NCBI GenBank assembly: GCA_024277525.1 | Contig: JAJRUZ010000008.1 | Location: 20,091-84,090 of the forward strand | Length of the DNA stretch: 64,000 nt | Origin: a candidate division WOR-3 bacterium | GTDB lineage: Bacteria; Hydrothermota; Hydrothermia; Hydrothermales; JAJRUZ01 | Direction of reading: 5' to 3' | Shown here: positions 49,218 to 58,204 of the stretch, piece after piece | Layout: each line of letters opens with the position of its first letter | How positions within the stretch are numbered: position 1 is the first letter of the stretch | Notes under the pieces: model-generated | What the model saw: the letters and a program-made list of their open reading frames with translations, nothing else | Told to the model about the DNA's origin: nothing | The model's database searches: none | Translations under genes and position numbers: made by a program

Positions 49218-49462
49218 GGTTTATAAAAAGGCGAGACTGGCGAGAAAAGTTATTTTCATATCTTTTATTTTTTCCTTTCTTGCGTTTCTCGCATTACAAC
49301 CCGTCTCGCAGTTTATTCAATCCCCCTTAATCCCCCTTCGCCAAAGGGGAATTTGTGCGATAAATCGCACCGCAACATAATCAATCTTTTCTCGCTTTTC
49401 GCGCACGTCTCGCCTTTCTCGCATACTTGTAACACGATAAACACGATAAATACGTTAACATG
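49218..49462. repeat. Cluster of repeat modules in mixed orientation. Forward GGTTTATAAAAAG, GCGAGACTG, GCGAGAAAAG (49218-49249). Reverse GCGAGA module (49276-49312). Hairpin duplicate (49318-49351). Palindrome GTGCGAT-aa-ATCGCAC (49354-49369). Reverse full element (49372-49462).
   Basis: Direct reading. The reverse complement of 49372-49462 reads ...TTTATCGTG TTTATCGTG TTACAAGTAT GCGAGAAAG GCGAGACGT GCGCGAAAA GCGAGAAAA GATTGATTATGTT. Confidence 0.8.
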
Positions 49463-49496
49463 TTTCACGGTTTTTGCTCTCACACTCTTCCGGTTT

Positions 49497-49793
49497 TCAC
49501 CATTTTTTTATTATGTCCTCAAAAAATTTGTCCTTGTCATAAAGAATTTTTAACTCCGCACCTTTGAGCCACAAATTTTTTATTTTAATGGATTCCGGCT
49601 CTTTATGGATGGTAAATATTTTATAAGGAGAAAAATTCAACTCCGCCTTTTTTTCACTGTTCTTTGTCACAATAACTAAGTAAACTTCTTTTTCTTCAAA
49701 ATTTGTCCTTATGGAAGGACCGAATGCAACAAGAGATACTAAGTCATCTCCGTATATAGAGACAATCTTCTTTTTTATTTTATCCAGCACCAA
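49497..49793 (-). CDS. Small MNT-like protein with a degenerate, probably inactive nucleotidyltransferase motif.
   Basis: LVSLVAFGPSIRTNFEEKEVYLVIV aligns to the hGSxxRG...DhDhhV NTase motif but lacks the catalytic residues. A decayed paralog lies at 45565-45747. Confidence 0.4.
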   Translation of the reverse strand: MVLDKIKKKIVSIYGDDLVSLVAFGPSIRTNFEEKEVYLVIVTKNSEKKAELNFSPYKIFTIHKEPESIKIKNLWLKGAELKILYDKDKFFEDIIKKW

Positions 49794-49860
49794 ACCCTTA
49801 TTACCTTTTTTTTCTTATAAAAACCGACATTTTTCATCAATTTACCTCCGATTTAATATT

Positions 49861-52338
49861 TCATTCTTTTCCATAATATTTTGAATAATATTTGTAATAA
49901 TAGTAATAATAATGGCTCCCCCTTTTCTTAGGAACCGCATTTATAACAACTCCTATGATATCGGATTTTGAAGACAATAAAATATCCCTTGCTTCCTCCA
50001 CTTCTTTAAAGTTTGTTTTTCCGTATCTTATTGTGAGAATTACACCATCCGCATAATTTGCAATATAAGCAGAATCCGCAAATAAAAGAACAGGAGTCCC
50101 GTCAATTATTACATAATCATATTCCTCTTTTAAATCCTTAATTAATTTTTTCATTTTTTCTGATTCAAGGAAAATTAAAGGATTTGCAGGAATTTTCCCA
50201 ACAGGTATCACATCTATTTTTATATCAAGCTTATCATTATGATGAGAAACATCCGTTATTGCATTTTCAATTTTTTCCTCCCCTGTTAATATGTCAAAAA
50301 GACCGGCTTCCTTTTTTATTTCAAAAATATCGGTTATATGTCCTTTTTTCTTTCTGAAATCACTGTCAATAACAATTACTTTATTTCCTTTTGAGGCATA
50401 AACAAATCCGAGATTTAACGCTACAAAGGTTTTTCCTTCTTCAGGACTCGGTGAAGTGACATAAATTACTTTGTATTTTTTATCAGGATGTGCAAATTCA
50501 AGATTTATTGAAAGCTTTCTGAAAGCCTCAAACTCCGCTGAAGAAAGGTCAGGTTCGATTATTTTTAATTCGGAACTCAAACTGTTCTTTTTAAAAATTT
50601 TACTAAAAAATCCATTCCGGTTATTTTCAATTAAAGGTATTGAGGTGTAAACAGGAAGCCCTGTTTTTAATTTTAAGATTTCAGGGTCTTTAACTGTATT
50701 ATCAATATATTCTACAATAAAAACCGTAAATCCACCTATCAATATGCTGATTATAAAAGAAAGAATAAGAATCAAAAGGGGCTTTCTTGCATTCACAGGT
50801 CTGTATGAAACAAGGGGAGGGTTTATAATTTTTAAGTCCGAAGTAACACCTGCCTCCTGTACCCTTGTCTCTTCAAGCTTCTAGGCAAAAAAGGTGTATA
50901 ATTTTTCCGTTGTCTCTCTATCCCTTTCAAGTCTTGCAAGCTGTAACTCATCCTCGGGAACATTTTCCAATTTAAGCTTTAAAGCGCTTATTTGACTTTT
51001 AACACTCTGGATTTCTGTTTTTATTGTTGATATTCTTTTTGTTATTTCTTCTTTCATCTGTTCTCTTAAGCCTTCAAGTTTTGCCTTTACCTCATAAACT
51101 TTCGGATGATTAGGAGAATAGGATTTTAATCTGCCTTTAAGTTCTGCCTCTGTTTGTAATAATTGAGAGTAAAAATTCTGAAGAACCGGATCCGAAAGAA
51201 GCGCAGGAGCAAAGTTAACGGTTGTGTCAAGTTCCTTTCCCTTTGCAAGATACTCTCCCAAATTTTTTAAAATACTCTGCTCAATCTCGAGTTGACTTTT
51301 TTTTGTTTCAAGACTCGAAATTTGGGAAATTAATGCCTGAGTAGAAGCTTTTAAATCCGCTATTTTTTTCTGCTCTTTAAAAGTCTTTATTTTTTCTTCC
51401 AGTTCAGAAAGTTTATTTTTATAAAATTCGAGTTGGGACTCGATGAATTTTCTGGACTGAATGTATTGAAGGGATTTTTCTTTTATATCTTCTTTGATTA
51501 TTAAGTCGGAAAGCACCTTTGCTATCTCATAAGCATCCTGAGGATTTCCCCAGAAAACATCTATTCTTAAAATCCCGAGAAGATTAACCCCCGGAAAGAT
51601 TGTTTTTGCAGTTACAAGCTTTTTTGAGGCTCCTTCTCCTGAAAAAGGAACACCTCCGAGTGCAGGCTCTTTTTCTATTTTATCAGCCTCCAAAACCTTT
51701 ATTGAGAGAGAATTTCTCAAAGCAAGGGCTATTCTGTCTCTGGGATAAAATGTTATGGTATAAGTTCTCTCTTTAAACTCTTTCTTTAAAGGAATTACCT
51801 TGAACTTCAAAAAGCCGATATCAAGAGATTCACCAATTTTGCCATCCAGAACCTTCTTACCATCACTTGTAAAAAGCTCCACACTATTATTTGATATTTT
51901 TAATTTAAAAGGACCGACGGGGTTCTCAAAATCCCTTATAATTTTTGTTTTTATCTTTATATCAGGCAATCCATCTTTTATATGGGTATAAAGTGAAAGG
52001 GAATCCGCAATTTTTTGAGCAAGCCTGACACTCAGGAGGTTTGATATAACTCTTTGTGTCACAGAACCGATTTGAAGGGTGGGAGTCTCCTGAACCGGTG
52101 AAAAAACACCTTCAATGGGTTTTTCATTTGAAACCCCTATGTCAAAGGTTGCCTTATAAATGGGAGTATAAGGTTTTAGAAATTGATAGAGGAGTATTAT
52201 AAAAAATGTAACCACTGCGGTTGTAATAAAAAGCCCCAGCCTTCTCAGGAATATGTTTATTATATCGTTTAAACTCAAAGTTTCTTCTTCATATGAATTT
52301 TGAAAATAAATATGATTTTTGATTTTACCTTCTTTCAT
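49861..52338 (-). pseudogene. wzc: Wzc/GumC-type polysaccharide co-polymerase fused to a BY-kinase. It has a single in-frame TAG (50881-50883) between the periplasmic/coiled-coil domain (50881..52338) and the TM2 plus kinase part (49861..50796).
   Basis: The same reading frame holds across the stop. The 28 codons between the ORFs encode the conserved pre-TM2 motif (DLKIINPPLVSYRPV). The kinase has Walker A (SPSPEEGKT) and a C-terminal Tyr cluster, YYYYYYKYYSKYY. Confidence 0.6.
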
Positions 52339-52339
52339 T

Positions 52340-52969
52340 TTATTTAAGTCTCTGAAGTGTTATGTAAAAATTTAAGACCGAGGCTGTTAAGGCAAGGGCA
52401 TTCAGCACAAGCCCCCAATTAATGGTGAACTTCTCCGGTACGTACACTACATCACCGGGCTTTAATTCTATGTTTTTGACAAAATCTCCTTTTTTAAGTA
52501 TCTCTTCAACATTCACCTCAAATGAGACCGGGTTTTCTTTTCTGAATATAACAACTTTTACCTTTTTAAGGTTAGCCTTCTGTGTGGGTCCACCTGCAAG
52601 TGCAATGTAATCGGTGAGCTTCAATCCCCTCTGGTACTCCACAGCACCGGGTCTTAAAACCGCTCCGAATACCGAAACATAAGGCAAAGAAGGACTTTTT
52701 AATATTACGGAAACAAGGGGATGAGTGAAATATTTTGAGAGCTTTTCCGAAATAAGCCTTGATGCTTCCTCGGTTGTTAAACCAACAACCTTTACTTCAC
52801 CTATAAGGGGAAAGGATATTGTTCCGTTTCTCATCACCATTACGGTCCTTGATAGATTTTCCTCACCTACAACAAGAATTTCAAGAACATCCCCTGTTTC
52901 AATTTTATATGTTGAAGATTGCGAAAACAAAGGAAAAAATATAAATAAAAATATCAAATTTTTTTTCAT
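52340..52969 (-). CDS. wza: Polysaccharide export protein (Wza-like: Poly_export plus SLBB).
   Basis: Signal peptide plus YKIETGDVLEILVVGEE...; a second beta-grasp-like domain (KPGDVVYVPE). Confidence 0.7.
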   Translation of the reverse strand: MKKNLIFLFIFFPLFSQSSTYKIETGDVLEILVVGEENLSRTVMVMRNGTISFPLIGEVKVVGLTTEEASRLISEKLSKYFTHPLVSVILKSPSLPYVSVFGAVLRPGAVEYQRGLKLTDYIALAGGPTQKANLKKVKVVIFRKENPVSFEVNVEEILKKGDFVKNIELKPGDVVYVPEKFTINWGLVLNALALTASVLNFYITLQRLK

Positions 52970-53065
52970 TTCTATAAAATTATAAGATTAAATGTATGTT
53001 ATTTAAAAAATTGTAAAAAAATACAAAAAGTGTAAATTTTTTTTGACATTTTAATTTGCACAGGC

Positions 53066-53099
53066 TCCGCCCCTCCTCCCTTTTACGGAGGCTTTTTAT
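53066..53099 (+). terminator. Hairpin (CTCCG...CGGAG, or CCTCC-cttttac-GGAGG) plus a T-tract in the long AT-rich intergenic region.
   Basis: Read directly. A second, related two-stem hairpin lies at 53221-53254 (TAGAC...CCCCT-ttttc-AGGGG-GTCTA). Confidence 0.3.
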
Positions 53100-53554
53100 A
53101 TTTGCACATATCAAAAAGTTATGCAAATTGTATTCCAATAAAATTAACACATCATTTAAATTTTACACCTTTATTTCTATGTCTAACAACTTATCAAAAT
53201 AATTTATTTTAAAAATTTGATAGACTCCGTCCTTCCCCTTTTTCAGGGGTCTATATTTGAAATTTAAAAAATTTTGCAAATTACAGTTTAACAATTATAT
53301 TTTTAATTAAAAATTATAATACTATTTTAAATCATATTACCTTATGGATGCAAAAATTTTAAACCTTATGAAATTTTATGACTCTTTAAAAAATGAAAAA
53401 TACGAGAAATTGCAAGCTGTCGAAAATTTTCCTCACTCTCAATGAGAATCGGTAAAAACGAAATTCCATGTTACAACAAAATTTCTCTCCTTCCTCAAAG
53501 GAGAATCACAATTTTTAAACAGCTCTGCCCTCAGTGTGTCCGCATATTAATTTT

Positions 53555-54721
53555 TTAAACCAAATATTTTTTTAACATCACGTTTGAAATGATATATCTC
53601 ATTATTTCGGATGTTCCCGCGCCTATGTCCATTAATTTTGCATCCCTTAAATATCTTTCAACAGGATACTCTTTTGTATAACCGTAGCCTCCGAGAATCT
53701 GAATTGCATCAAGAGAGGCTTTAACCCCGAGCTCTCCTGCAAGCAACTTCGCAGTCGCGCTCTCAACCCGATTGTCTTTGTTAACATCATAATTTTTGGC
53801 AAGAAGATATATGTAAGTCCTCACAACCTCAAGTTCTGCGGTAGTATTCGCTATTTTTTCTCCTATCATCTGAAATTCGGAAATAGGAACACCGAACTGC
53901 TTCCTTTCCCTTGAATACCTTATCTGCCATTCCAAAGCAGAAATAGCAATACCTAAGGAAATTGCTGCAATTGTAATCCTTTCAACTTCAAAACATTTCA
54001 CAAGGATGTTAAAACCCTTATCTTTTTCGCCCAGCAGATTTTCCTTCGGACAGGGGGCATTTTCAAAAAATAGAGTAGAAGTCGGAGAACCCCTCATTCC
54101 TATTTTTTCAAAATTTTTACTGACGGAAAAACCCGGAACATTTGTTTCAAAAATAAAAGCAGATATTCCATCTTTACCTTTTTCCGGCGAGGTCTTTGCA
54201 TAAAGGATAACAAGACCAGCAATTGAACCGTTGGTGATGAATATTTTGCTCCCTGTTATAATAAACTTATCATCTTCCTCCTTTGCAATTGTTGTAATAC
54301 TTGCATTGTCAGAACCTGCATCAGGTTCTGTTATAGCAAGTGCCCCTATCATTTCACCTTTTGCAAGTTTGGGAAGATATTTTTTCTTTTGCTCAGGATT
54401 CCCGAATCTTGTAATTGGATGGGCACCAAGCACAGAATGAGCAAGCAATGAAAGAGCCAATGAAGCACTTTCTCTTGCAATTTCTTCAAGAACAATCACC
54501 GCAGACAACACATCGTCACCAAAACCTCCGTATTCTTCCGGAATAAGAATACCCGTTATTCCGATTTCAGCCATCTCTTTGAATATATCTTCGGGAAATT
54601 CATCCTTTTCATCAATTTCAGAAGCCCGGGGAGCAACTTTATCCTTCACGAATTTCCTCACGGTCTCCCTTAAAAGTCTGTGTTCATCGGTTTCAATTAA
54701 ATTTATGAGATTTCCAAACAT
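53555..54721 (-). CDS. Acyl-CoA dehydrogenase.
   Basis: 388-aa ACAD fold with conserved C-terminal segments (ILGGYGYTKEYPVERYLRDAKL). Confidence 0.85.
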   Translation of the reverse strand: MFGNLINLIETDEHRLLRETVRKFVKDKVAPRASEIDEKDEFPEDIFKEMAEIGITGILIPEEYGGFGDDVLSAVIVLEEIARESASLALSLLAHSVLGAHPITRFGNPEQKKKYLPKLAKGEMIGALAITEPDAGSDNASITTIAKEEDDKFIITGSKIFITNGSIAGLVILYAKTSPEKGKDGISAFIFETNVPGFSVSKNFEKIGMRGSPTSTLFFENAPCPKENLLGEKDKGFNILVKCFEVERITIAAISLGIAISALEWQIRYSRERKQFGVPISEFQMIGEKIANTTAELEVVRTYIYLLAKNYDVNKDNRVESATAKLLAGELGVKASLDAIQILGGYGYTKEYPVERYLRDAKLMDIGAGTSEIMRYIISNVMLKKYLV

Positions 54722-54782
54722 AATAGAAATTATATTTTATTTAATTTTGTTTTTGAAAATACATTGTCTTAAAATTTTAAAT

Positions 54783-55574
54783 ATGAGAATCTTATCAGCA
54801 TTATTAATATTCATTTCAAACTGTGTATTTTTCGGATTAAAAACACATAATCTGTTAACACTCTCATTTAACAAACCCGTTGAATTTAACGGATTGAAAT
54901 TTATCCTTGCTGATGTACTGAGCGACACAAGATGTCCTGAAAATGTTGTATGCAAATGGGAGGGAAGGGTTGATTTTATTATAAAAGTGATTAAAGATAA
55001 AGATACAACCGAACTGCTGGTAGCCAAGCCGAAAAACAAAAGGGTAAAACTTTACTTTTATGATTTTTGTATTGAGATTATCGATGTCTTGCCCCATCGC
55101 CGAAGCACCTTAGAAAACATTAAAAGAGAAAAATATAAAGTTATATTTGAATTAAAAAATGTTGAAAAAGAAAACAACAGGGGAAAAGAAATTAAATTTG
55201 AAAACTTTAAAAAAGGTATTTATTGCAATTTCACAGAAAAGAAAGATTTTGTGATAGACAATAAGGAGGATTTTTTAAATTTATTAAGTAAAGTATCAGG
55301 CAAAATATCTTCATTACCTTCTCAAATTGACTTTGATAAATATATACTCATTGCAACTTTTATGGGTCAAAAATCTTCAGGAGGTTATGAAATAAAAATT
55401 GAAAAAATAGTTGAATTTGAAAAAGAAATAAAAGTTTTTGTAAAAGAAATAATTCCTGGCAAAAATTGCATAGTCACAATGGCATTAACTCAACCCTATC
55501 ATATAGTAAAGATAAAAAAGAGTTATAAAAGGATAAAATTTTATCACGAAACATATACCCGAAACTGTAAGTAA
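54783..55574 (+). CDS. Lipoprotein with a PrcB_C-like C-terminal domain.
   Basis: Signal plus lipobox (LIFISNC); C-terminal MGQKSSGGYEIKIEKI resembles the PrcB_C signature. Confidence 0.45.
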   Translation: MRILSALLIFISNCVFFGLKTHNLLTLSFNKPVEFNGLKFILADVLSDTRCPENVVCKWEGRVDFIIKVIKDKDTTELLVAKPKNKRVKLYFYDFCIEIIDVLPHRRSTLENIKREKYKVIFELKNVEKENNRGKEIKFENFKKGIYCNFTEKKDFVIDNKEDFLNLLSKVSGKISSLPSQIDFDKYILIATFMGQKSSGGYEIKIEKIVEFEKEIKVFVKEIIPGKNCIVTMALTQPYHIVKIKKSYKRIKFYHETYTRNCK

Positions 55575-55650
55575 ACCTTTAAAAGTAGAAATTCTTCATA
55601 ACTACATAAAGAATTTGAAAATTCTGATAGAAAAATAATAAATTTTATAT

Positions 55651-56049
55651 ATGAAAAAACTAAAAGATTTTTTTTATTTTGTTTTCTATCCATCGGAAAC
55701 CGAAAGAAAAGCAATCTATTTATTTATTTTCATGATTTTGATCGGTGATGTTTATATGAGATTTTTTACCGGGAAAAACAAAGAAAGGGAAAAGATAGAA
55801 AAAATCGATATAAATCTTGCAGATTTTGAAGACTTTGTAAATGTTCCGGGTATCGGTTCAAGAATTGCTGCAAAAATTCTGGATTACAGGGATAAAAAAG
55901 GAGAAATAATGTATCCGGAAGAACTGAAAGAAATAAAAGGAATAGGTGATAAAAAAATAAATATTTTAAAAAAATATTTTAAATTCCCTTATGATTATGA
56001 GACTGATAGTAAAAGTAAAAAAAATTTTACAAAACAAAATAACAGTTAA
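55651..56049 (+). CDS. comEA: ComEA-like helix-hairpin-helix DNA-binding protein.
   Basis: N-terminal TM, then tandem HhH (INLADFEDFVNVPGIGSRIAAKILDYR...ELKEIKGIGDKK). Confidence 0.65.
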   Translation: MKKLKDFFYFVFYPSETERKAIYLFIFMILIGDVYMRFFTGKNKEREKIEKIDINLADFEDFVNVPGIGSRIAAKILDYRDKKGEIMYPEELKEIKGIGDKKINILKKYFKFPYDYETDSKSKKNFTKQNNS

Positions 56050-56083
56050 ACCGGTCGGTATATTCCCGGAGGATACGGGATTT

Positions 56084-56893
56084 ATGAAAAGATTGAAAAA
56101 TAAAGAAATTGAAATTAAGGAATATGAAAAAGATATAAAAAAAGACGATTTGTTAATACTTGATGAAAGTAAAACTCAGGAAATAATTTTTAAGAATTTA
56201 AAAAAGAAAAAAGGGATTCATTTCTCTCCCAAAAGGGGCAAATTCTACGCTTGTATTGAAAATGAATATATGAAGATTTTAATTGATCCTTTAAAATCAG
56301 GCAGAATAGACTATCTTTTTCATAAAGAGAATAACTTTGAGTGGTTTTTTGACGATTATATATTTTTTAAGGGAAAAGTTTCACATTGCGGAATAACTCA
56401 AGGTATTAAAGGCGAAGAATTTTATGAAAAAAAGATGAACTTTAATACAAATAAAAATAAATTTGTTGCAAAAAGAAAGGATAGAAAATTTATATTTGAA
56501 AAAATTATAAGTTTGGAAGGTAAGAAAATAAATGTTTATTTCAAAATATCCGCAATAAAGGATATTGAAATAAATCCGTTTTTTGATTTAAAGGTTTTCT
56601 GTGGCAATGAAAAATTATTTTATGAAATTTATGTATATAGGGGTAACAAAATAACTTTACCGAACCCTTATTATCCTTTCTCAAGATGGCATCATAATTT
56701 CAATTTCGGTAAGGTCAATTGTTTTTTAATTTCAAAAGAAAAAAATAAGATGAAGATAATCCCGGGTAAAAAAGACCTTCTTAATTCTTCTGTTGTACAT
56801 GCGATTGACTATATTCTGTTCAGGTTCCGATATAAAAAATTGAAATTGAATAAAAATAAAAAAAGAGAGTATAAAATGGAGATTTTGTTATGA
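56084..56893 (+). CDS. Hypothetical protein (ATG at 56084 preceded by GGAGGA), co-operonic with the downstream ligase.
   Basis: ORF with a 4-nt overlap (ATGA) to the next gene; no recognisable motifs. Confidence 0.4.
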   Translation: MKRLKNKEIEIKEYEKDIKKDDLLILDESKTQEIIFKNLKKKKGIHFSPKRGKFYACIENEYMKILIDPLKSGRIDYLFHKENNFEWFFDDYIFFKGKVSHCGITQGIKGEEFYEKKMNFNTNKNKFVAKRKDRKFIFEKIISLEGKKINVYFKISAIKDIEINPFFDLKVFCGNEKLFYEIYVYRGNKITLPNPYYPFSRWHHNFNFGKVNCFLISKEKNKMKIIPGKKDLLNSSVVHAIDYILFRFRYKKLKLNKNKKREYKMEILL

Positions 56894-58089
56894 AAATAAC
56901 CTTTTCATACGAATGGGAGATTCCTTTGCTTTCGGAAAAATTTGTTCCGCTCAAGATGGAAGAAATAAAAGAGATAGCATATGAAATAAATAATTCAATA
57001 AAAGGAGTAAATGCAGGTGCAGATTTCCTCCATTATTTTGAAACGGGAATGCTTGAATTCAGAACAGGTATTCGGGATAACTTGAAAGAAATCGGTGAAT
57101 TAACGGAAATTTTTTTTGAAAAATTAAAAAAATTAAAAAAGAAAAACATAATTATCTTTTCCTCGGGAACATTTCCCCTTTCGGGTGATACTGTCGGTTT
57201 TCATGTTCATTTGGGTAGTTTTTTCTCTTTTGAGGAATCTTATAAATATGATTTAAATTTTTTGGTTCATGTTCCCTTTTTTGTCGCTCTTTCTTCAAAC
57301 AGTCCGGTATACACTCAATATATTTACGGAAAATTTAAAAGCTACAGGGTATTTTTCAGGGCATGGGGAGCATCTTCCCCTTCCTTATATATGAGAAATA
57401 ATTTCAGGTTTTTTAACTGGGGAAGGGATGTGTGTAATAAGGTAAATATGAAACCTACGGTTGAGATAAGGGTCATGGATGCTCCTGTATGTTACGAGTT
57501 TATTACCGAATGTGTCGGGCTTTTGATTTATTTATTTTTTAATAATAAGGAAAAAATAAATGAAATGAGATACAGGGAATATCTCACAAACAGGTTAACT
57601 GCAAGTAAATTCGGTCTTCAGGCGGTATTTCTTTGGAACGGTAAAGAAAGAGAAATTAAGGAAATTTATCTTGATGTTATTGATAAAGCGGAGAGATATT
57701 TAAAGAAAAAATACGGTTTCAGATTCAAATTAATTCCGGAAATGGTTGAAAAAAGAATTTCACAGGCTGATTTTTCAAGGAAAATTTTTGAAGAATCAAA
57801 AAAGGATATTTTGAATTACATATTAAAGACCGAAAGATATTTTTTTAAAAACAGATTTCCCGAATTTTTGAGAGAATCAGAGCCTTTAAATACCTGCAAT
57901 TTTCCGGACATCCCGAGTATCATTCTTGAGTTCATAGGTAAAAGGACAGATATCGGTTCTCTTGTAAATATAGTAAATTTTCCTTTTGCCGAAGTTGAAA
58001 AAATATTAAAAAAATTACAAACCGAAGGGAAGATTAAATCGGAAAGGAATTTTGAATACGGAACACTTGTTTCAAGAAAGGGAAAATAA
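56890..58089 (+). CDS. GCS2-family carboxylate-amine ligase (YbdK-like) with a C-terminal extension.
   Basis: SGTFPLSG...GFHVHLG motifs resembling the gtHPf / HvHvG signatures of gamma-glutamyl-cysteine-ligase family 2. Confidence 0.5.
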   Translation: MKITFSYEWEIPLLSEKFVPLKMEEIKEIAYEINNSIKGVNAGADFLHYFETGMLEFRTGIRDNLKEIGELTEIFFEKLKKLKKKNIIIFSSGTFPLSGDTVGFHVHLGSFFSFEESYKYDLNFLVHVPFFVALSSNSPVYTQYIYGKFKSYRVFFRAWGASSPSLYMRNNFRFFNWGRDVCNKVNMKPTVEIRVMDAPVCYEFITECVGLLIYLFFNNKEKINEMRYREYLTNRLTASKFGLQAVFLWNGKEREIKEIYLDVIDKAERYLKKKYGFRFKLIPEMVEKRISQADFSRKIFEESKKDILNYILKTERYFFKNRFPEFLRESEPLNTCNFPDIPSIILEFIGKRTDIGSLVNIVNFPFAEVEKILKKLQTEGKIKSERNFEYGTLVSRKGK

Positions 58090-58204
58090 AACAGGTTGTC
58101 TGAAAAGTCTCCTTGATGGAGAAGGTGAAATGGAAGTTTATGTGTCACAACAAGATTTTCACCTCGTAGCAGGGTCCCCGGTTTGCTCTCAAGATTGATC
58201 TAAA

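Noticed and set aside
53043-53071. TTGACA -35 box at 53043 as a plus-strand promoter
   Set aside because: No acceptable -10 hexamer lies at 16-18 bp spacing (TCCGCC is found instead). It was kept only as part of the general description of the intergenic region.
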